Virus record (IMG/VR): IMGVR_UViG_3300042874_000443 | Coordinates: 32,001-96,000 of that record | Strand: one strand, 5' to 3' | Length of the DNA stretch: 64,000 nucleotides | Origin: a virus | Part shown: positions 17,699-27,123 of the stretch, piece after piece | How positions within the stretch are numbered: the stretch's first letter is position 1 | Layout: the number at the start of each line of letters is the position of its first letter | The notes under the pieces: generated by a model | Database searches by the model: none | Seen by the model: only the letters and a program-made list of their open reading frames with translations | What the model was told of the DNA's origin: nothing | Translations under genes and position numbers: made by a program

Positions 17699-18541
17699 TC
17701 AGTACAGTTGCGGCGTTGTAGCAGGGTCCACGAGAAGCTTGTATTCGACAGAGTTACGGCCTAGCAACGAAGTAGATAGTTTCTGATGTACGGTGACGCT
17801 CTTCAGCTCCGTGTGATGAACACGTTGAACCTGATAGCGGTCATTACGTACCAGGTCGACCACGATGTCCTTGTACTCGACAAGTGGGTAGTCCAGGATG
17901 TTGAAGTCCGCGAGTCGAACATCACTGTCGCCATGCGCCATGATGTTCGTTTCAACGGTTGCGGCTTCACGCCTTCCACGGATGAGTGTCGGCGTCCAAT
18001 ACCCGCCCACGAACGATGTGCCGAAGCAGACCAGACAATGCTCGAGAGTCGACTCCTTGTTCACAGGGTCGTAGCACTCGGGACAACGGTCGCCCCAACG
18101 GCGGCGCTTGAGCAAGATGAGCGGGATGCCGTTGAGGTTCTTGTAGCCGACCGCCTGGTCGTGAAGGATCTTGCGTTTGAACAGACGCGTCCGTCTGTCG
18201 AGGCCGGGCTCCACAGGTTCCGGATGACTGTGGAACTCGTTTGCGGAACCCGACGGGGGTGTGACCGTGACCTGGTAGTAGATCACGCGCGCGAGTGAGA
18301 ACAGGTTGACGCCTTCACGTCCCGCGTTGCGGGGGTCCGCGGGAGGCAAGTTGAATTGATCGTCGACGAAGTTGTATGCGTCACGTAGTCCTGTTGCGAT
18401 CGATTCCCAAGGACCGTCTGGACCTTGCGCACGTGCGATGTCGACGAAGAACGACCCGCTCTCCTCTGATTCAACGTCCCACTGCACGAACACGGCGGTC
18501 GGGAACAACGCGGTGGTCCGCGTGATGTGGACGTCAGCCAA
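17699..18541 (-). CDS. Putative head-closure/neck protein with Cys cluster
   Basis: RCPECYD...CLVCFGTSFVGGY; TTG start. Confidence 0.55.
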   Translation of the reverse strand: MADVHITRTTALFPTAVFVQWDVESEESGSFFVDIARAQGPDGPWESIATGLRDAYNFVDDQFNLPPADPRNAGREGVNLFSLARVIYYQVTVTPPSGSANEFHSHPEPVEPGLDRRTRLFKRKILHDQAVGYKNLNGIPLILLKRRRWGDRCPECYDPVNKESTLEHCLVCFGTSFVGGYWTPTLIRGRREAATVETNIMAHGDSDVRLADFNILDYPLVEYKDIVVDLVRNDRYQVQRVHHTELKSVTVHQKLSTSLLGRNSVEYKLLVDPATTPQLY

Positions 18542-19325
18542 GAGCCGCCGGCCCCGGCTCAGGATCGCCGAAACCGCCCCCGATGTTGGTTGTGTCGACG
18601 GGGTTATCGAACTCGCGGAACATGCGATCGATGCGTTGCTCGCCTTCAGCGCCCCAGCCGACAGGGGGCGACAGGCGCGTGCGGCGTTCTTCGTACGGGT
18701 TCACTGTCGGACCGCGCTGCTCGTGCATCGAGTGGCCTTCGGAACCGGGGAGCATGAAGTCGGCGAGCTTGCGCGCGACCTTGTGTAGTCCGCCCGTCAT
18801 CCGCCCCGGCTCATCAGCGCTGTTGCGAATGCCTTGGTGGCGGAACAGATCCGCGAACGCGGACCCCGCTTGTTCGTCTGCAGGGCGTCCATCACGCGTG
18901 CGTGCGAGCGCGGAGTCCGCCGTCGTTGCCGAGTGGTAGTGCGGGCTCGTCGACGGGTTGTTCTGTTGCGACGGATCGCCGCCCAGCATGCCCATGTTGA
19001 AGTCCGCGGCCTTCACGGGAATCGTGCGCGGCTTGTCGCACGGACCGTAGTGCTTCGTCTTGCGACACGTCGTGCACATGTCTTCGGCCGACAGCTTTCG
19101 GATGGGTTCCGAACGCGACTGTCCCTGCTCGTGCGCACTGAAGATCTGCGCGACCTGCTGTGGATCGGTCGGCGCCGACAGGTTCTGCTGCGCGGTTTGC
19201 GACAGCGTGGGCGATGTCGGCTGCGTGATGGTCGCGACGTTCGGATTCGTGGGCGCGGGAAACCCCAGCTTGTAGCGCGCGAGCGCCGCGAGCTGTCCGT
19301 CTGCGTATGACAACTCGAGGGTCAT
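18534..19325 (-). CDS. Leader-motif protein, disordered, with CxxC-H-C knuckle
   Basis: MTLELSYADGQLAALARYKLG; CTTCRKTKHYGPC; VKAA, HKVA, RKLA. Confidence 0.75.
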   Translation of the reverse strand: MTLELSYADGQLAALARYKLGFPAPTNPNVATITQPTSPTLSQTAQQNLSAPTDPQQVAQIFSAHEQGQSRSEPIRKLSAEDMCTTCRKTKHYGPCDKPRTIPVKAADFNMGMLGGDPSQQNNPSTSPHYHSATTADSALARTRDGRPADEQAGSAFADLFRHQGIRNSADEPGRMTGGLHKVARKLADFMLPGSEGHSMHEQRGPTVNPYEERRTRLSPPVGWGAEGEQRIDRMFREFDNPVDTTNIGGGFGDPEPGPAALG

Positions 19326-19726
19326 GGCGCGACAACATCCCCTGGGAGCGGCATGCTGCTCGTCGCGTAGTCGTCGTCGTTTCGTTGAAACGCTCGGTCG
19401 ATCACGCTGCGTTGCCGACGTCCTGTGTCTTCAGGTTCCCCAGCTTGCGCGCCTGCTCCGTCGGTGGAGGTCGAAGCACCCATCCCAACGTTGGACGCCT
19501 TCTTGAGCTTGGGAACGAAGTCGTAGTCGCTCTCGACCTTGTTCGCACCGAGCGGCGACGGCACACTGGGCGGCGGGATTGGAGGCAAGTCGCTCGCCTT
19601 CGGCAACTGAATCCCAACGGACTTGAAGCCCGGCTGCTTGAAGCCGCCCTCCGCTGTTTTCACCACGCCGAAGGCCGCGAGCGCTGCGCGCCCGCCCTCG
19701 ACAGCTCTCTGGCGCAACAGCGACAT
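19322..19726 (-). CDS. Leader-motif protein
   Basis: MSLLRQRAVEGGRAALAAFGVVKTA. Confidence 0.75.
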   Translation of the reverse strand: MSLLRQRAVEGGRAALAAFGVVKTAEGGFKQPGFKSVGIQLPKASDLPPIPPPSVPSPLGANKVESDYDFVPKLKKASNVGMGASTSTDGAGAQAGEPEDTGRRQRSVIDRAFQRNDDDYATSSMPLPGDVVAP

Positions 19727-19736
19727 GGGGTGGTTG

Positions 19737-19913
19737 TTACTTCTGCGGCGTGCGGAACAGGCTGTTGAGCGGGTTCGCGGCGACCTTCGGTGCTTCGATG
19801 AGGCCGAGCGCTTCGGCTTCCTTGCGGACTTCTTCGGCGGTCTTGTAGCCAGCGCGCGCGAGGGCCTGCTGGACGCCGTACTCGTGCGCGGTCTTCAGGT
19901 GGGTGTTCGACAT
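19737..19913 (-). CDS. 58-aa leader-motif peptide (missed by ORF track)
   Basis: MSNTHLKTAHEYGVQQALARAGYKTAEEVRKEAEALGLIEAPKVAANPLNSLFRTPQK*; TATAAT 6 nt upstream. Confidence 0.8.
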   Translation of the reverse strand: MSNTHLKTAHEYGVQQALARAGYKTAEEVRKEAEALGLIEAPKVAANPLNSLFRTPQK

Positions 19914-19919
19914 GGTTGA

Positions 19920-19927
19920 ATTATAGG
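19920..19927 (-). promoter_or_regulatory. -10 element CC-TATAAT, leaderless spacing
   Basis: CGCCCTATAAT-TCAACC-ATG. Confidence 0.7.
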
Positions 19928-19934
19928 GCGAATT

Positions 19935-20222
19935 TCACCCAATGACTTCTTGTCCGAACGTTCCATCTGCACGACCGGGCGCGATCTGGTCGTACGTCGT
20001 GAAGTGGTCCCACAACCAGTCCGGCATGTTGGCGCGCGCTGCGCCCGCTGATGCCGCCGAGGCGCCATCCCCCGGTGTTTCACGACGGGCGTATGGAATA
20101 CGGTCGGTTCCGTGGCTGACCTCGTCGCCCTTGGGTGCAACGCCGGCGTCCGCGCCCATCGCGTTGGCGAACTTCGCGAAGGCCGCACGCGTACCGCGCG
20201 CGTATGCGGCGCGTAACGTCAT
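19935..20222 (-). CDS. Leader-motif protein
   Basis: MTLRAAYARGTRAAFAKFA. Confidence 0.75.
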   Translation of the reverse strand: MTLRAAYARGTRAAFAKFANAMGADAGVAPKGDEVSHGTDRIPYARRETPGDGASAASAGAARANMPDWLWDHFTTYDQIAPGRADGTFGQEVIG

Positions 20223-20698
20223 GAGTGATTGAACCTCGAGACGTTCCGGTAGCCGGAGCTGAGCGTTGCGTACGCAGCTTCCATGTTGTTCTGTGTCTTC
20301 ACACCACGCGTCAGCTCATCCCATTCGGCCTTGAGCTGTTGTGCGAGCTGCGAATAGAGCTGCGCCTTGTCCGAGATTCCGATGGGCGCGATGTCGCCGT
20401 CTTGAACGGTTGCTTGATTGCGCGCTTGCATGAACGATTCGCTCATGAGCAGGAAGCGCGTGGTGCCGATCAGCAACAGATACCGTAGCTGTGGCGGGAA
20501 GTTTGACGGCGTGAAGTTCGTCTGTGGCGTCACCGTATTGAACGCACTCGCAGCCATTTCGAGCGCCAGGTTCAATTCGACATCCGTGAACTGCACGTCA
20601 TCCAGCAGGATGTTGTTGTTCGCGTAATCACGCATGAACATGCGGACCTGGTCTTTGGAGACCACCGTCGGTGTTGTTGGTGTACCGACGATCGGCAT
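20219..20698 (-). CDS. Putative head-tail adaptor
   Basis: VRMFMRD...FTDVELNLAL helical adaptor (SPP1 gp15-like) pattern; after capsid genes. Confidence 0.6.
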   Translation of the reverse strand: MPIVGTPTTPTVVSKDQVRMFMRDYANNNILLDDVQFTDVELNLALEMAASAFNTVTPQTNFTPSNFPPQLRYLLLIGTTRFLLMSESFMQARNQATVQDGDIAPIGISDKAQLYSQLAQQLKAEWDELTRGVKTQNNMEAAYATLSSGYRNVSRFNHS

Positions 20699-21204
20699 CA
20701 GCGCACGTACGTCTTCTCGAGGCTCGCGACGACCTGCGCGATCTGCGCGGCACCCGAAGCGGTGGTGACGATACGGATCGCTTGATACGGCAGGAGGATG
20801 GTCTTGAACCGTGCTTCGTCGAGCGCGATGAAGCGGACGCCGGTGGCTTGTTCGATGATGATCGCTTCCCCTGCTAGGATTGCAGGTAGGTCATCGTTGA
20901 TCGTCGCCGGGTTGAGGTTCACGAGCGATACAGTGATGTCGCCGGCTGCTCCCAGGTCGACATGGATCTGACTACAGACCAGCGACTCGACGTTGTTCCA
21001 GAAGAACAGTCCGCCGCCACTCGCTGCGAGAGACGCGTACTTGTAGCAACTGTTGCCGGGCTGCAGCGGACTGTCCGCACGCACGGCGCCCAGCTGCGGC
21101 AGCGCGCCCGTGAACGTCTGTCCGGCCGCGACCTGCTGCTGGATCGCCGTCGAGATGGACTGCGCAACACGCGACGTGACCGGAGTGATCGACGGGGAAG
21201 CCAT
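20698..21204 (-). CDS. Hypothetical virion protein
   Basis: 168 aa, coupled to next gene; GAGG RBS. Confidence 0.65.
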   Translation of the reverse strand: MASPSITPVTSRVAQSISTAIQQQVAAGQTFTGALPQLGAVRADSPLQPGNSCYKYASLAASGGGLFFWNNVESLVCSQIHVDLGAAGDITVSLVNLNPATINDDLPAILAGEAIIIEQATGVRFIALDEARFKTILLPYQAIRIVTTASGAAQIAQVVASLEKTYVR

Positions 21205-21215
21205 GGGATGCCTCT

Positions 21216-21223
21216 ATTGTAGG
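21216..21223 (-). promoter_or_regulatory. -10 element CC-TACAAT
   Basis: CACCCCTACAAT-AGAGGCATCCC-ATG. Confidence 0.6.
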
Positions 21224-21232
21224 GGTGGGCGC

Positions 21233-21637
21233 TTACTTGCGCGAGCGCTTGACCGGCGGCTCGGGCATCGGAGGAGGCTCCGACGCTGCTTCGGGCTCGG
21301 GCTCCTTGGTGCGCTCGACGAGCGTTTCGACCTCGGCAGGCGGCATCACCTGCGTGGCCTCGGGCGTGACCGCAACAGGCGCGGGCGGTGCGGGCGGCGG
21401 CGGGGGTGCAACGACCGCAGCCTTGGGCGCTGCGACGGCGCCAACCGCGGTCACGCTGACCCAGTTCGCCTTCTTCACGCGTTCGACGATCTCGTGCTCC
21501 GCGGTCTCGGCGGAGATCGTCTTGCTGGCGCCTTGGCTTCCTGCAGGATGCAGAACGAGCGCTACGCCGTTCTCGTCTTGCAGGGGTGACAGCGAAAGGA
21601 TGCTGCCCTGCTTGTTCGTGATCGTGAAGTTCGACAT
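21233..21637 (-). CDS. Pro/Ala/Glu-rich protein following capsid gene
   Basis: AGGAG RBS before ATG at 21637 (MSNFTITNKQG). Confidence 0.7.
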   Translation of the reverse strand: MSNFTITNKQGSILSLSPLQDENGVALVLHPAGSQGASKTISAETAEHEIVERVKKANWVSVTAVGAVAAPKAAVVAPPPPPAPPAPVAVTPEATQVMPPAEVETLVERTKEPEPEAASEPPPMPEPPVKRSRK

Positions 21638-21664
21638 GGGTGTCTCCTGTTGCTGAAACGACGA

Positions 21665-21707
21665 AGGCCTTCTTCCTGTGTCCCCAAGCAAGGGAGGAAG
21701 AAGGCCT
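21665..21707 (-). terminator. Perfect 13-bp inverted repeat after major capsid gene (terminator or mRNA-stabilising hairpin)
   Basis: AGGCCTTCTTCCT (21665-21677) pairs with AGGAAGAAGGCCT (21695-21707); weak U-tract. Confidence 0.65.
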
Positions 21708-21734
21708 CAGCCTACCCTGGGGCAGGGGCGAAGA

Positions 21735-22670
21735 TCAGACGAACGGCAGGTCGATGCGCTGCGTCGCCAGCGTGTTGCCGATACCGATGCCCGGAGCTGC
21801 GTAGCTCCAGAACTCGATGATGTCGGCTTCCTGCTTGATGTACAGGGTTGCGTCCTGCAGCAGGAAGAACACGCCGAGGTAGTTCTGCGGCGCGAACACG
21901 TAGACCGAGCGGCGCGTGCCGCCGGCGACGTCGTCGACGATCTCGCGCTTGATGGTCGAGACCACCGGGATGCCCCACAGCTTCTCCTCGGCCTCGATGC
22001 CGAGGTCGTAGTGGCGCGACGCGACGTCGTTGCCGACGCTGGTCGCCGGCAGGTCGAGCGCCTCGTAGTACGTCGACTTGCTCATCAGCAGCTTGCCGAT
22101 GGGCTGGCGACGGTTGACGAGGCCCTGGAAGCCGAGCTTGAACGCGCTCGAGTTGAACGCACCCGCCGCCGTGATCTGCGCCGGCGCCAACGCGAGGATC
22201 GCGTTGATGGTGTCGGTGAACTTCGTGTCCTCCTGGTCGGCCATGTCCTTGACCGAGTTGTCGGACAGGATCTTGCGGATGTCGTTCTGGTACGTCATCA
22301 GCTCGAACTTGTTCTTGGTGAAGCGCTGCGACTCCGTCTTGCCGAAGTAGACGGAGAAGCGGCGACCACGGAACCACGTACGCTGCGCGGTGCCGTTGAA
22401 CGGCACGAACGTGGCGACGGAGTCGGGCTCCTTCTCGACGATCTTCTTGGGCTGGTCGGTGTTCTCGTCGCGATCGATCTCGTCGTCCGCCAGCATGACT
22501 GGCTCGATGATCTCGCGCGCGAAGGACTCCTGACGGAGCTTCTGGCGGATGAAGGCGGTGCCTTCGGCTTCGGCTTCTTTCGTCCGTCCATCCTCGACCT
22601 TGCGGACGAAGTTGGAGTTGATGAACTGAGCCGAGACCTGCTGGGTCTGTGTCTTGTACGCTGCCGACAT
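21735..22670 (-). CDS. Major capsid protein (HK97-fold)
   Basis: 311 aa; AAGGAG RBS; strong codon bias; FIRQKLRQESFAREII, KLWGIPVV; downstream of protease/scaffold genes; 3' hairpin. Confidence 0.8.
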   Translation of the reverse strand: MSAAYKTQTQQVSAQFINSNFVRKVEDGRTKEAEAEGTAFIRQKLRQESFAREIIEPVMLADDEIDRDENTDQPKKIVEKEPDSVATFVPFNGTAQRTWFRGRRFSVYFGKTESQRFTKNKFELMTYQNDIRKILSDNSVKDMADQEDTKFTDTINAILALAPAQITAAGAFNSSAFKLGFQGLVNRRQPIGKLLMSKSTYYEALDLPATSVGNDVASRHYDLGIEAEEKLWGIPVVSTIKREIVDDVAGGTRRSVYVFAPQNYLGVFFLLQDATLYIKQEADIIEFWSYAAPGIGIGNTLATQRIDLPFV

Positions 22671-22698
22671 GGTGTGTGGTTCTCCTTAGTCCGGGGGC

Positions 22699-23163
22699 TC
22701 AGAGGGCTGCGGTATCGCCGCCGGTGTAGAACACGACGATCGTGCCGTCGGTCGCGGTGTTGTCCTGGAGGACCTCACCGATGATCTGGTTGGTGGCGAC
22801 AGCGACCTGCCACTTGCCGGCGCTGAACGTCAGCTTGGTGCCCGGTGTGTAGACGCCCGCGTTGAAGTTCGACGGGTCGAGCTTGAACTCCGCGTTCATG
22901 CGGAGGCCGACGACCTTGTGGACGAACTGCGAGGAGAAGTCGTCGTTGCCGGCGACCACGATCCACGTTGAGACCGGGTTGGTCGTCGCGCGGTTCGGGG
23001 TCGTCGCTGCGACGGCCTTGCCCGTGGCATTGACCGTGACGACCGTGCCCATGGGCAGGAGGTCATCCACGTTGGGTACGGTCTGGTTGATGATGAAGGA
23101 TTCGTCGATTGCGCCTTCACGTGGCCAACCGCGCAGAACGTCGAACTTGCTGTTCAGGATCAT
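22699..23163 (-). CDS. Capsid decoration/cement protein
   Basis: 154 aa immediately upstream of MCP; GTVV...GKAVAA...YTPGTKLT...IIGEV beta-tulip-like; GGAGG RBS. Confidence 0.55.
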   Translation of the reverse strand: MILNSKFDVLRGWPREGAIDESFIINQTVPNVDDLLPMGTVVTVNATGKAVAATTPNRATTNPVSTWIVVAGNDDFSSQFVHKVVGLRMNAEFKLDPSNFNAGVYTPGTKLTFSAGKWQVAVATNQIIGEVLQDNTATDGTIVVFYTGGDTAAL

Positions 23164-23187
23164 GTGAGTCTGCCTCCGGGAAGTGCG

Positions 23188-23541
23188 CTACGAGATGATG
23201 AACTTGAGAAACCGCTCGTCTGCAGCGTCCGCTGCTTCCTTCACGGTCTGAGGTTGGTGGTCTGCTTCCGTCGTCGCACCTGCGCCGAGCGGAGTCACGA
23301 TACCGGCTTGCTTGGACAGCAGGTCTTCGACCACATCGAGGGATGCGTCGTCGGCCTTGGCCAGCTTCTGACGGACGATGTCCGGCAGTTCTTCGCCGTG
23401 CGTCGCGACGTGCACCGCCGCGATCTTGTCGAGACGCACCTGGCGTGCGGCTGCGACGGACGAAGTCTTCTCGCTTTCGACCTGGTCGACATAGTCGGCC
23501 ATGGCGTCGAATACAGCGGCGAGCTTGGCGTGTTCAACCAC
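23188..23541 (-). CDS. Helical scaffold-like protein
   Basis: Repeated K-x-A (AKLA, DKIA, QKLA, SKQA, VKEA); ends ADERFLKFI. Confidence 0.65.
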   Translation of the reverse strand: MVEHAKLAAVFDAMADYVDQVESEKTSSVAAARQVRLDKIAAVHVATHGEELPDIVRQKLAKADDASLDVVEDLLSKQAGIVTPLGAGATTEADHQPQTVKEAADAADERFLKFIIS

Positions 23542-23689
23542 GAATGCCTCCGAGCTTGGAGCGGAGTGTTCCGAAGCCGGCCGCCGCGACGAGTACGGCT
23601 GCCGCCTTCTCCTTGCGGATCTCGGCGTGCTTCGCGCCCTGCGTACGCAGGTCGCTGGCGATCGAGCGGAGCATCTCGGAGTCCTTCAT
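23534..23689 (-). CDS. 51-aa peptide (missed by ORF track)
   Basis: MKDSEMLRSIASDLRTQGAKHAEIRKEKAAAVLVAAAGFGTLRSKLGGIRG*; ATGA overlap, fills gap. Confidence 0.7.
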   Translation of the reverse strand: MKDSEMLRSIASDLRTQGAKHAEIRKEKAAAVLVAAAGFGTLRSKLGGIRG

Positions 23690-23901
23690 GGCGTCCCCAT
23701 GAGATCATCGTACGACACATCGTTCGACGCCGTGCGAATCTCGTTGGCGAGTGCGCGCAGGCCGCGCGCCATCTCGGTCTTGGGTTGTGCGGCCGCGACC
23801 TTGATCGCCGTCGCTTCGGCGGTCTTGCGATGTGTTGCTTCGTTCGCTGCGGCGAGAACCTCGTCCACGACCAGCGACAGGTGTTGCTGCGCGCGGCTCA
23901 C
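23686..23901 (-). CDS. Small helical head protein
   Basis: RKTA, IKVA; GTGA overlap. Confidence 0.7.
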   Translation of the reverse strand: MSRAQQHLSLVVDEVLAAANEATHRKTAEATAIKVAAAQPKTEMARGLRALANEIRTASNDVSYDDLMGTP

Positions 23902-24173
23902 GGCATGCCTCGATGCGTGTACGAGTGGAGCGCATCAATGATCTGCGGTCCGGCCATGCCGGTCGCCATGCCCGCGCCGAAGGAGGTGTTGCGCGCGCGC
24001 TCGCGCTCTTTTTCGTCGTGCGCATGCGTGAGCAGCGCACCGAGACCGGCGCCGCCAAGCGCACCGGCTCCACCCGCGAGCAGCGCTTTGACGAGCGCTG
24101 GGTTCTCGGCGGTCTTCGTCTCGGCCGCCTGCTTGAGGCGACCGACGACGTCGATGTGGACGAGGTTGGACAT
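23898..24173 (-). CDS. Glycine-zipper peptide
   Basis: LKQA/TKTA then LLAGGAGALGGAGLGALL. Confidence 0.7.
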   Translation of the reverse strand: MSNLVHIDVVGRLKQAAETKTAENPALVKALLAGGAGALGGAGLGALLTHAHDEKERERARNTSFGAGMATGMAGPQIIDALHSYTHRGMP

Positions 24174-24178
24174 GTGGT

Positions 24179-24763
24179 TCAGCGCGCGCTCTCGATGATC
24201 GCGAGCGTGTCCTTGAAGCCGCTGACGAAGGACTCGCTCGCGGCCTTGTGGATCTGCTCGACGGTGTCGTTCCAGCCCTTGGCGTATGCCGCCTCGGCGA
24301 GCTTCTCGAGCTGCTGCGTGGTGGCAGAGAAGCCCAGCTCCGCGGCCTCCTTGACCAGTTCGGGGTTCTCGGCAGCGAACTTCTCGAAGTCCGATGTCCC
24401 CCCTGCAACTGCGGCGGTCTTGGTGGGCTGCGTGGCGGCGACCTTTGCGGCTGCCTCCTGGTACTGCGCACCGCGCGCCATGAAGCCGTCCATCACAGCG
24501 GCGCCGTAGAGCTGCGCCTCCTTGACGAGTGCTTCGTGCTCGGCCTTGCTCAGGTCGGCGGCGATCTTGGTGAGGTCCTCGACCGGCGAGGCTTGGCTCG
24601 CGGTCTTGGCTTGTGGCGCCGTGGCTTCCTTGAGCGCCTGCTTGAGGCGTTCGCCGGCGTCGCTCGATGGAGACGACGATCCCGACGGCGTGGCTGCGGG
24701 CGCCGCAGCGCTCGCGGTCTTTTCGCCGCCTTTGATCATCCCGAGTGCGTCTGAGAGCTTCAT
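24179..24763 (-). CDS. Scaffold/core protein rich in K-x-A
   Basis: EKTA, LKQA, LKEA, AKTA, TKIA, VKEA, AKVA, TKTA, EKFA, EKLA; leader-like AAYAKGWNDTVEQIHKAA. Confidence 0.75.
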   Translation of the reverse strand: MKLSDALGMIKGGEKTASAAAPAATPSGSSSPSSDAGERLKQALKEATAPQAKTASQASPVEDLTKIAADLSKAEHEALVKEAQLYGAAVMDGFMARGAQYQEAAAKVAATQPTKTAAVAGGTSDFEKFAAENPELVKEAAELGFSATTQQLEKLAEAAYAKGWNDTVEQIHKAASESFVSGFKDTLAIIESAR

Positions 24764-24790
24764 GGGTTGCCGTCTCCAGTTACGGTGAAA

Positions 24791-24798
24791 ATGATAGG
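24791..24798 (-). promoter_or_regulatory. -10 element CC-TATCAT
   Basis: CCCCCTATCAT; 27-nt leader containing GGAG. Confidence 0.65.
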
Positions 24799-24821
24799 GG
24801 GCTGTTCACTGAAAAACAAAC

Positions 24822-26564
24822 TCAAGTCAACACGATGGCTCCGAGCGCTTCGGCGACCCCATCCAGGCTCGCTGCTGACGCCACCTTGATACTCGAAAAG
24901 TCACACGAGTGCGTCGTCGGTAACGCGCATTCGATGAGATGCACGATCGACGCTTGGGACGCCGATTTGGCCACCATCTCCGTGATGTCGGGGATGTCGT
25001 AGCCCTCGTCCGTACGCATCGTTCCACCCGGGCGCTTGCCGAGTGTGGCCATACCGAGCGCTCCTGCACCGATTGCAAGAGGTGTCTTGAATCGACGCAT
25101 CCAAGGGAATGCGGTGAGCGCTTTGTATCCGCCCAATAGTAGACCAGTACCACCGAGCACCTTGCCGATATGCGCACGTGTCACGGCGTCTTGCGCATCG
25201 ATCGCTGCACCGCGTGTCGTTTCGTATGGCCCCATGTGTAGCACGTCTGTCGTGGGCGCTGCATCAGGACGGAGCCCAGCACCTTCGGGAACGAGACGGC
25301 GGTAGAGCATCTCGCCGACGTACGCACGCTTCTCGTTGACGCGCCCGAAGTAGCCGTGCAGCTCTTTGGCGATCTTCGAAGACTCGAGCGCGCCCCCGTC
25401 GATCACTTCGTCGAGAAGCTCTGGACGTTCCGCGAAAAGTCCTAGCGACCAACGTGCGGCGGCCGCCACCTTCGCGACCATCACAGTGGTTGGCGCGAGC
25501 GCGACACCCGCGAGCTTGCTCATCGCGAGCGGAACAAACTCCGCGTCTTTGAGCACGACGCCGTACGCGGCTGCCGCACTGAGCACCTCACCCAGAGGCC
25601 ATGCGCGCAATGCGTTGACGTCGATGCTCGCGGCCTTCGCGAGGCTTGGGCCGGCGTGGTCACGGAACTTCACGATGAACGACTTCTCGTCCGGTGTGAG
25701 CGTGCTCGACGCCAGAGGCTCCGCACGGATCACCTTGTCGATGTCCGAGAGCTTCTGCGTGGCTCCGCTCTTGAGCGTGAGGCGCTCGGTGACTTCACCG
25801 AGATCGGCCGACAGGCGAACCGTTGCAACATCCGCGACCTTCTTGAGTGTGTAGCCGGTGCGGTCCGCGGGACGGAACACACGGCTGATGTCGAAGAAGT
25901 CGGGCGACGGGTTGTGGACGTAGTCCTTGAACCCGTGCTCGTCGACAACGTTCATCGCGAACTTCACGTGGTCGCAGTAGTCCGCACGGGTCGGCGCTTC
26001 GTTGCCACAGCGTGCGCACACGTCGCGCTTGATGCGGCAGCCCATGCTGACAGGTACGAACTCGCCATCGCTCGCACGCTTGACCCACTCGGGGTCCTTG
26101 TCGTTGTCGACCGAGACGAGAAGCTCCACGCGGTGCATGCGCGGGTTCCAGAACGCCTTCTTCACCACACCCGATGCTTTCGACGGGTCGCGGTTCGCGT
26201 GGTGCTTGAACGCGTGGGCGGGGTTCTTCTCGAACGAGGCGTAGTGCTCGGTCAGCTCTTCGCCGGGCGGTACGAACCACCGGCGATTGATCGACGCGAT
26301 CTTGCCTCGTGCGGGAACCGGGAATTCAGGGAAGCCGTCGCCGTTGCGGTTCGGGCCGTACGTCTCTTCGGCGCCGAGTGCGTTGAGCAGCATCGCCGTC
26401 TTGCCGGGCTCGGGCGCGACGTGCTTGATGTAGTCGAGAGCCTCGGAGGCGTACTTCGAGACGCGGCTCGTGTCGACGCTGCGGCCGCTGTTCCACGGCA
26501 GGATGATCTGGACCGTGGGTTCTCCGGTCGCGAAGTAGTCGTCCAGCTCGATGATCTTCTTCAC
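24822..26564 (-). CDS. Prohead/capsid maturation serine protease with zinc finger and C-terminal membrane-like extension
   Basis: NRNGDGF, FKHHAN (His), VPVSMGC (Ser) followed by CARCGN...YCDH; position upstream of MCP. Confidence 0.8.
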   Translation of the reverse strand: MKKIIELDDYFATGEPTVQIILPWNSGRSVDTSRVSKYASEALDYIKHVAPEPGKTAMLLNALGAEETYGPNRNGDGFPEFPVPARGKIASINRRWFVPPGEELTEHYASFEKNPAHAFKHHANRDPSKASGVVKKAFWNPRMHRVELLVSVDNDKDPEWVKRASDGEFVPVSMGCRIKRDVCARCGNEAPTRADYCDHVKFAMNVVDEHGFKDYVHNPSPDFFDISRVFRPADRTGYTLKKVADVATVRLSADLGEVTERLTLKSGATQKLSDIDKVIRAEPLASSTLTPDEKSFIVKFRDHAGPSLAKAASIDVNALRAWPLGEVLSAAAAYGVVLKDAEFVPLAMSKLAGVALAPTTVMVAKVAAAARWSLGLFAERPELLDEVIDGGALESSKIAKELHGYFGRVNEKRAYVGEMLYRRLVPEGAGLRPDAAPTTDVLHMGPYETTRGAAIDAQDAVTRAHIGKVLGGTGLLLGGYKALTAFPWMRRFKTPLAIGAGALGMATLGKRPGGTMRTDEGYDIPDITEMVAKSASQASIVHLIECALPTTHSCDFSSIKVASAASLDGVAEALGAIVLT

Positions 26565-27121
26565 GGTAGAAGGCCTCGCAACAGGCGCGAAGCTTCACCG
26601 CGGTGGATGATGAGACGAACGAGCGCCGCGTGTTTGGCGTCCGGGTCCGTCAGCTCGTGACACGCAGCCTCGAGTACGTCGTCAACCAGGATCGCAGCTG
26701 CGATCTTGTCGGGCGTCATCTCTTCTGGGGCCGGAGGCAGCGTCGTCGGGGCGCTCGAAGCGATCGGATGCGGTGCACGTTTGAACGCGTTTCCGAGCGC
26801 TTCCATACCGCCGACACCCGCAGCTGTCAGAAGTGCCTGGTTGCGCGCGTCGCGCAAGACGTCCGCGCTGTGTCGCTGCGCGTCTCCCAAGAACATGTGG
26901 CCTGCGGCGAGAGCGGGAACGCCGAGACCGACGCCCCAGCCGAGACCGCGTTGCAGTGCGCTGATGGCCGCGGGGTCGATCGCGGCTTGCTTGAACAAGC
27001 CGAACGCAGCGAAGTCGGCCATCGCGAGCTTCTCGCGCAGCGCCTGCGACGCAGGACGTGCCGACGCCACCTTCTCGGCGAGAAGGACGGACGTGGCGAG
27101 AGTCTTGGCGAGGGTCGACAT
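26561..27121 (-). CDS. K-x-A membrane/core protein
   Basis: EKVA, EKLA, FAAFGLFKQA then GLGWGVGLG hydrophobic module, DKIA. Confidence 0.7.
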   Translation of the reverse strand: MSTLAKTLATSVLLAEKVASARPASQALREKLAMADFAAFGLFKQAAIDPAAISALQRGLGWGVGLGVPALAAGHMFLGDAQRHSADVLRDARNQALLTAAGVGGMEALGNAFKRAPHPIASSAPTTLPPAPEEMTPDKIAAAILVDDVLEAACHELTDPDAKHAALVRLIIHRGEASRLLRGLLP

Positions 27122-27123
27122 GA

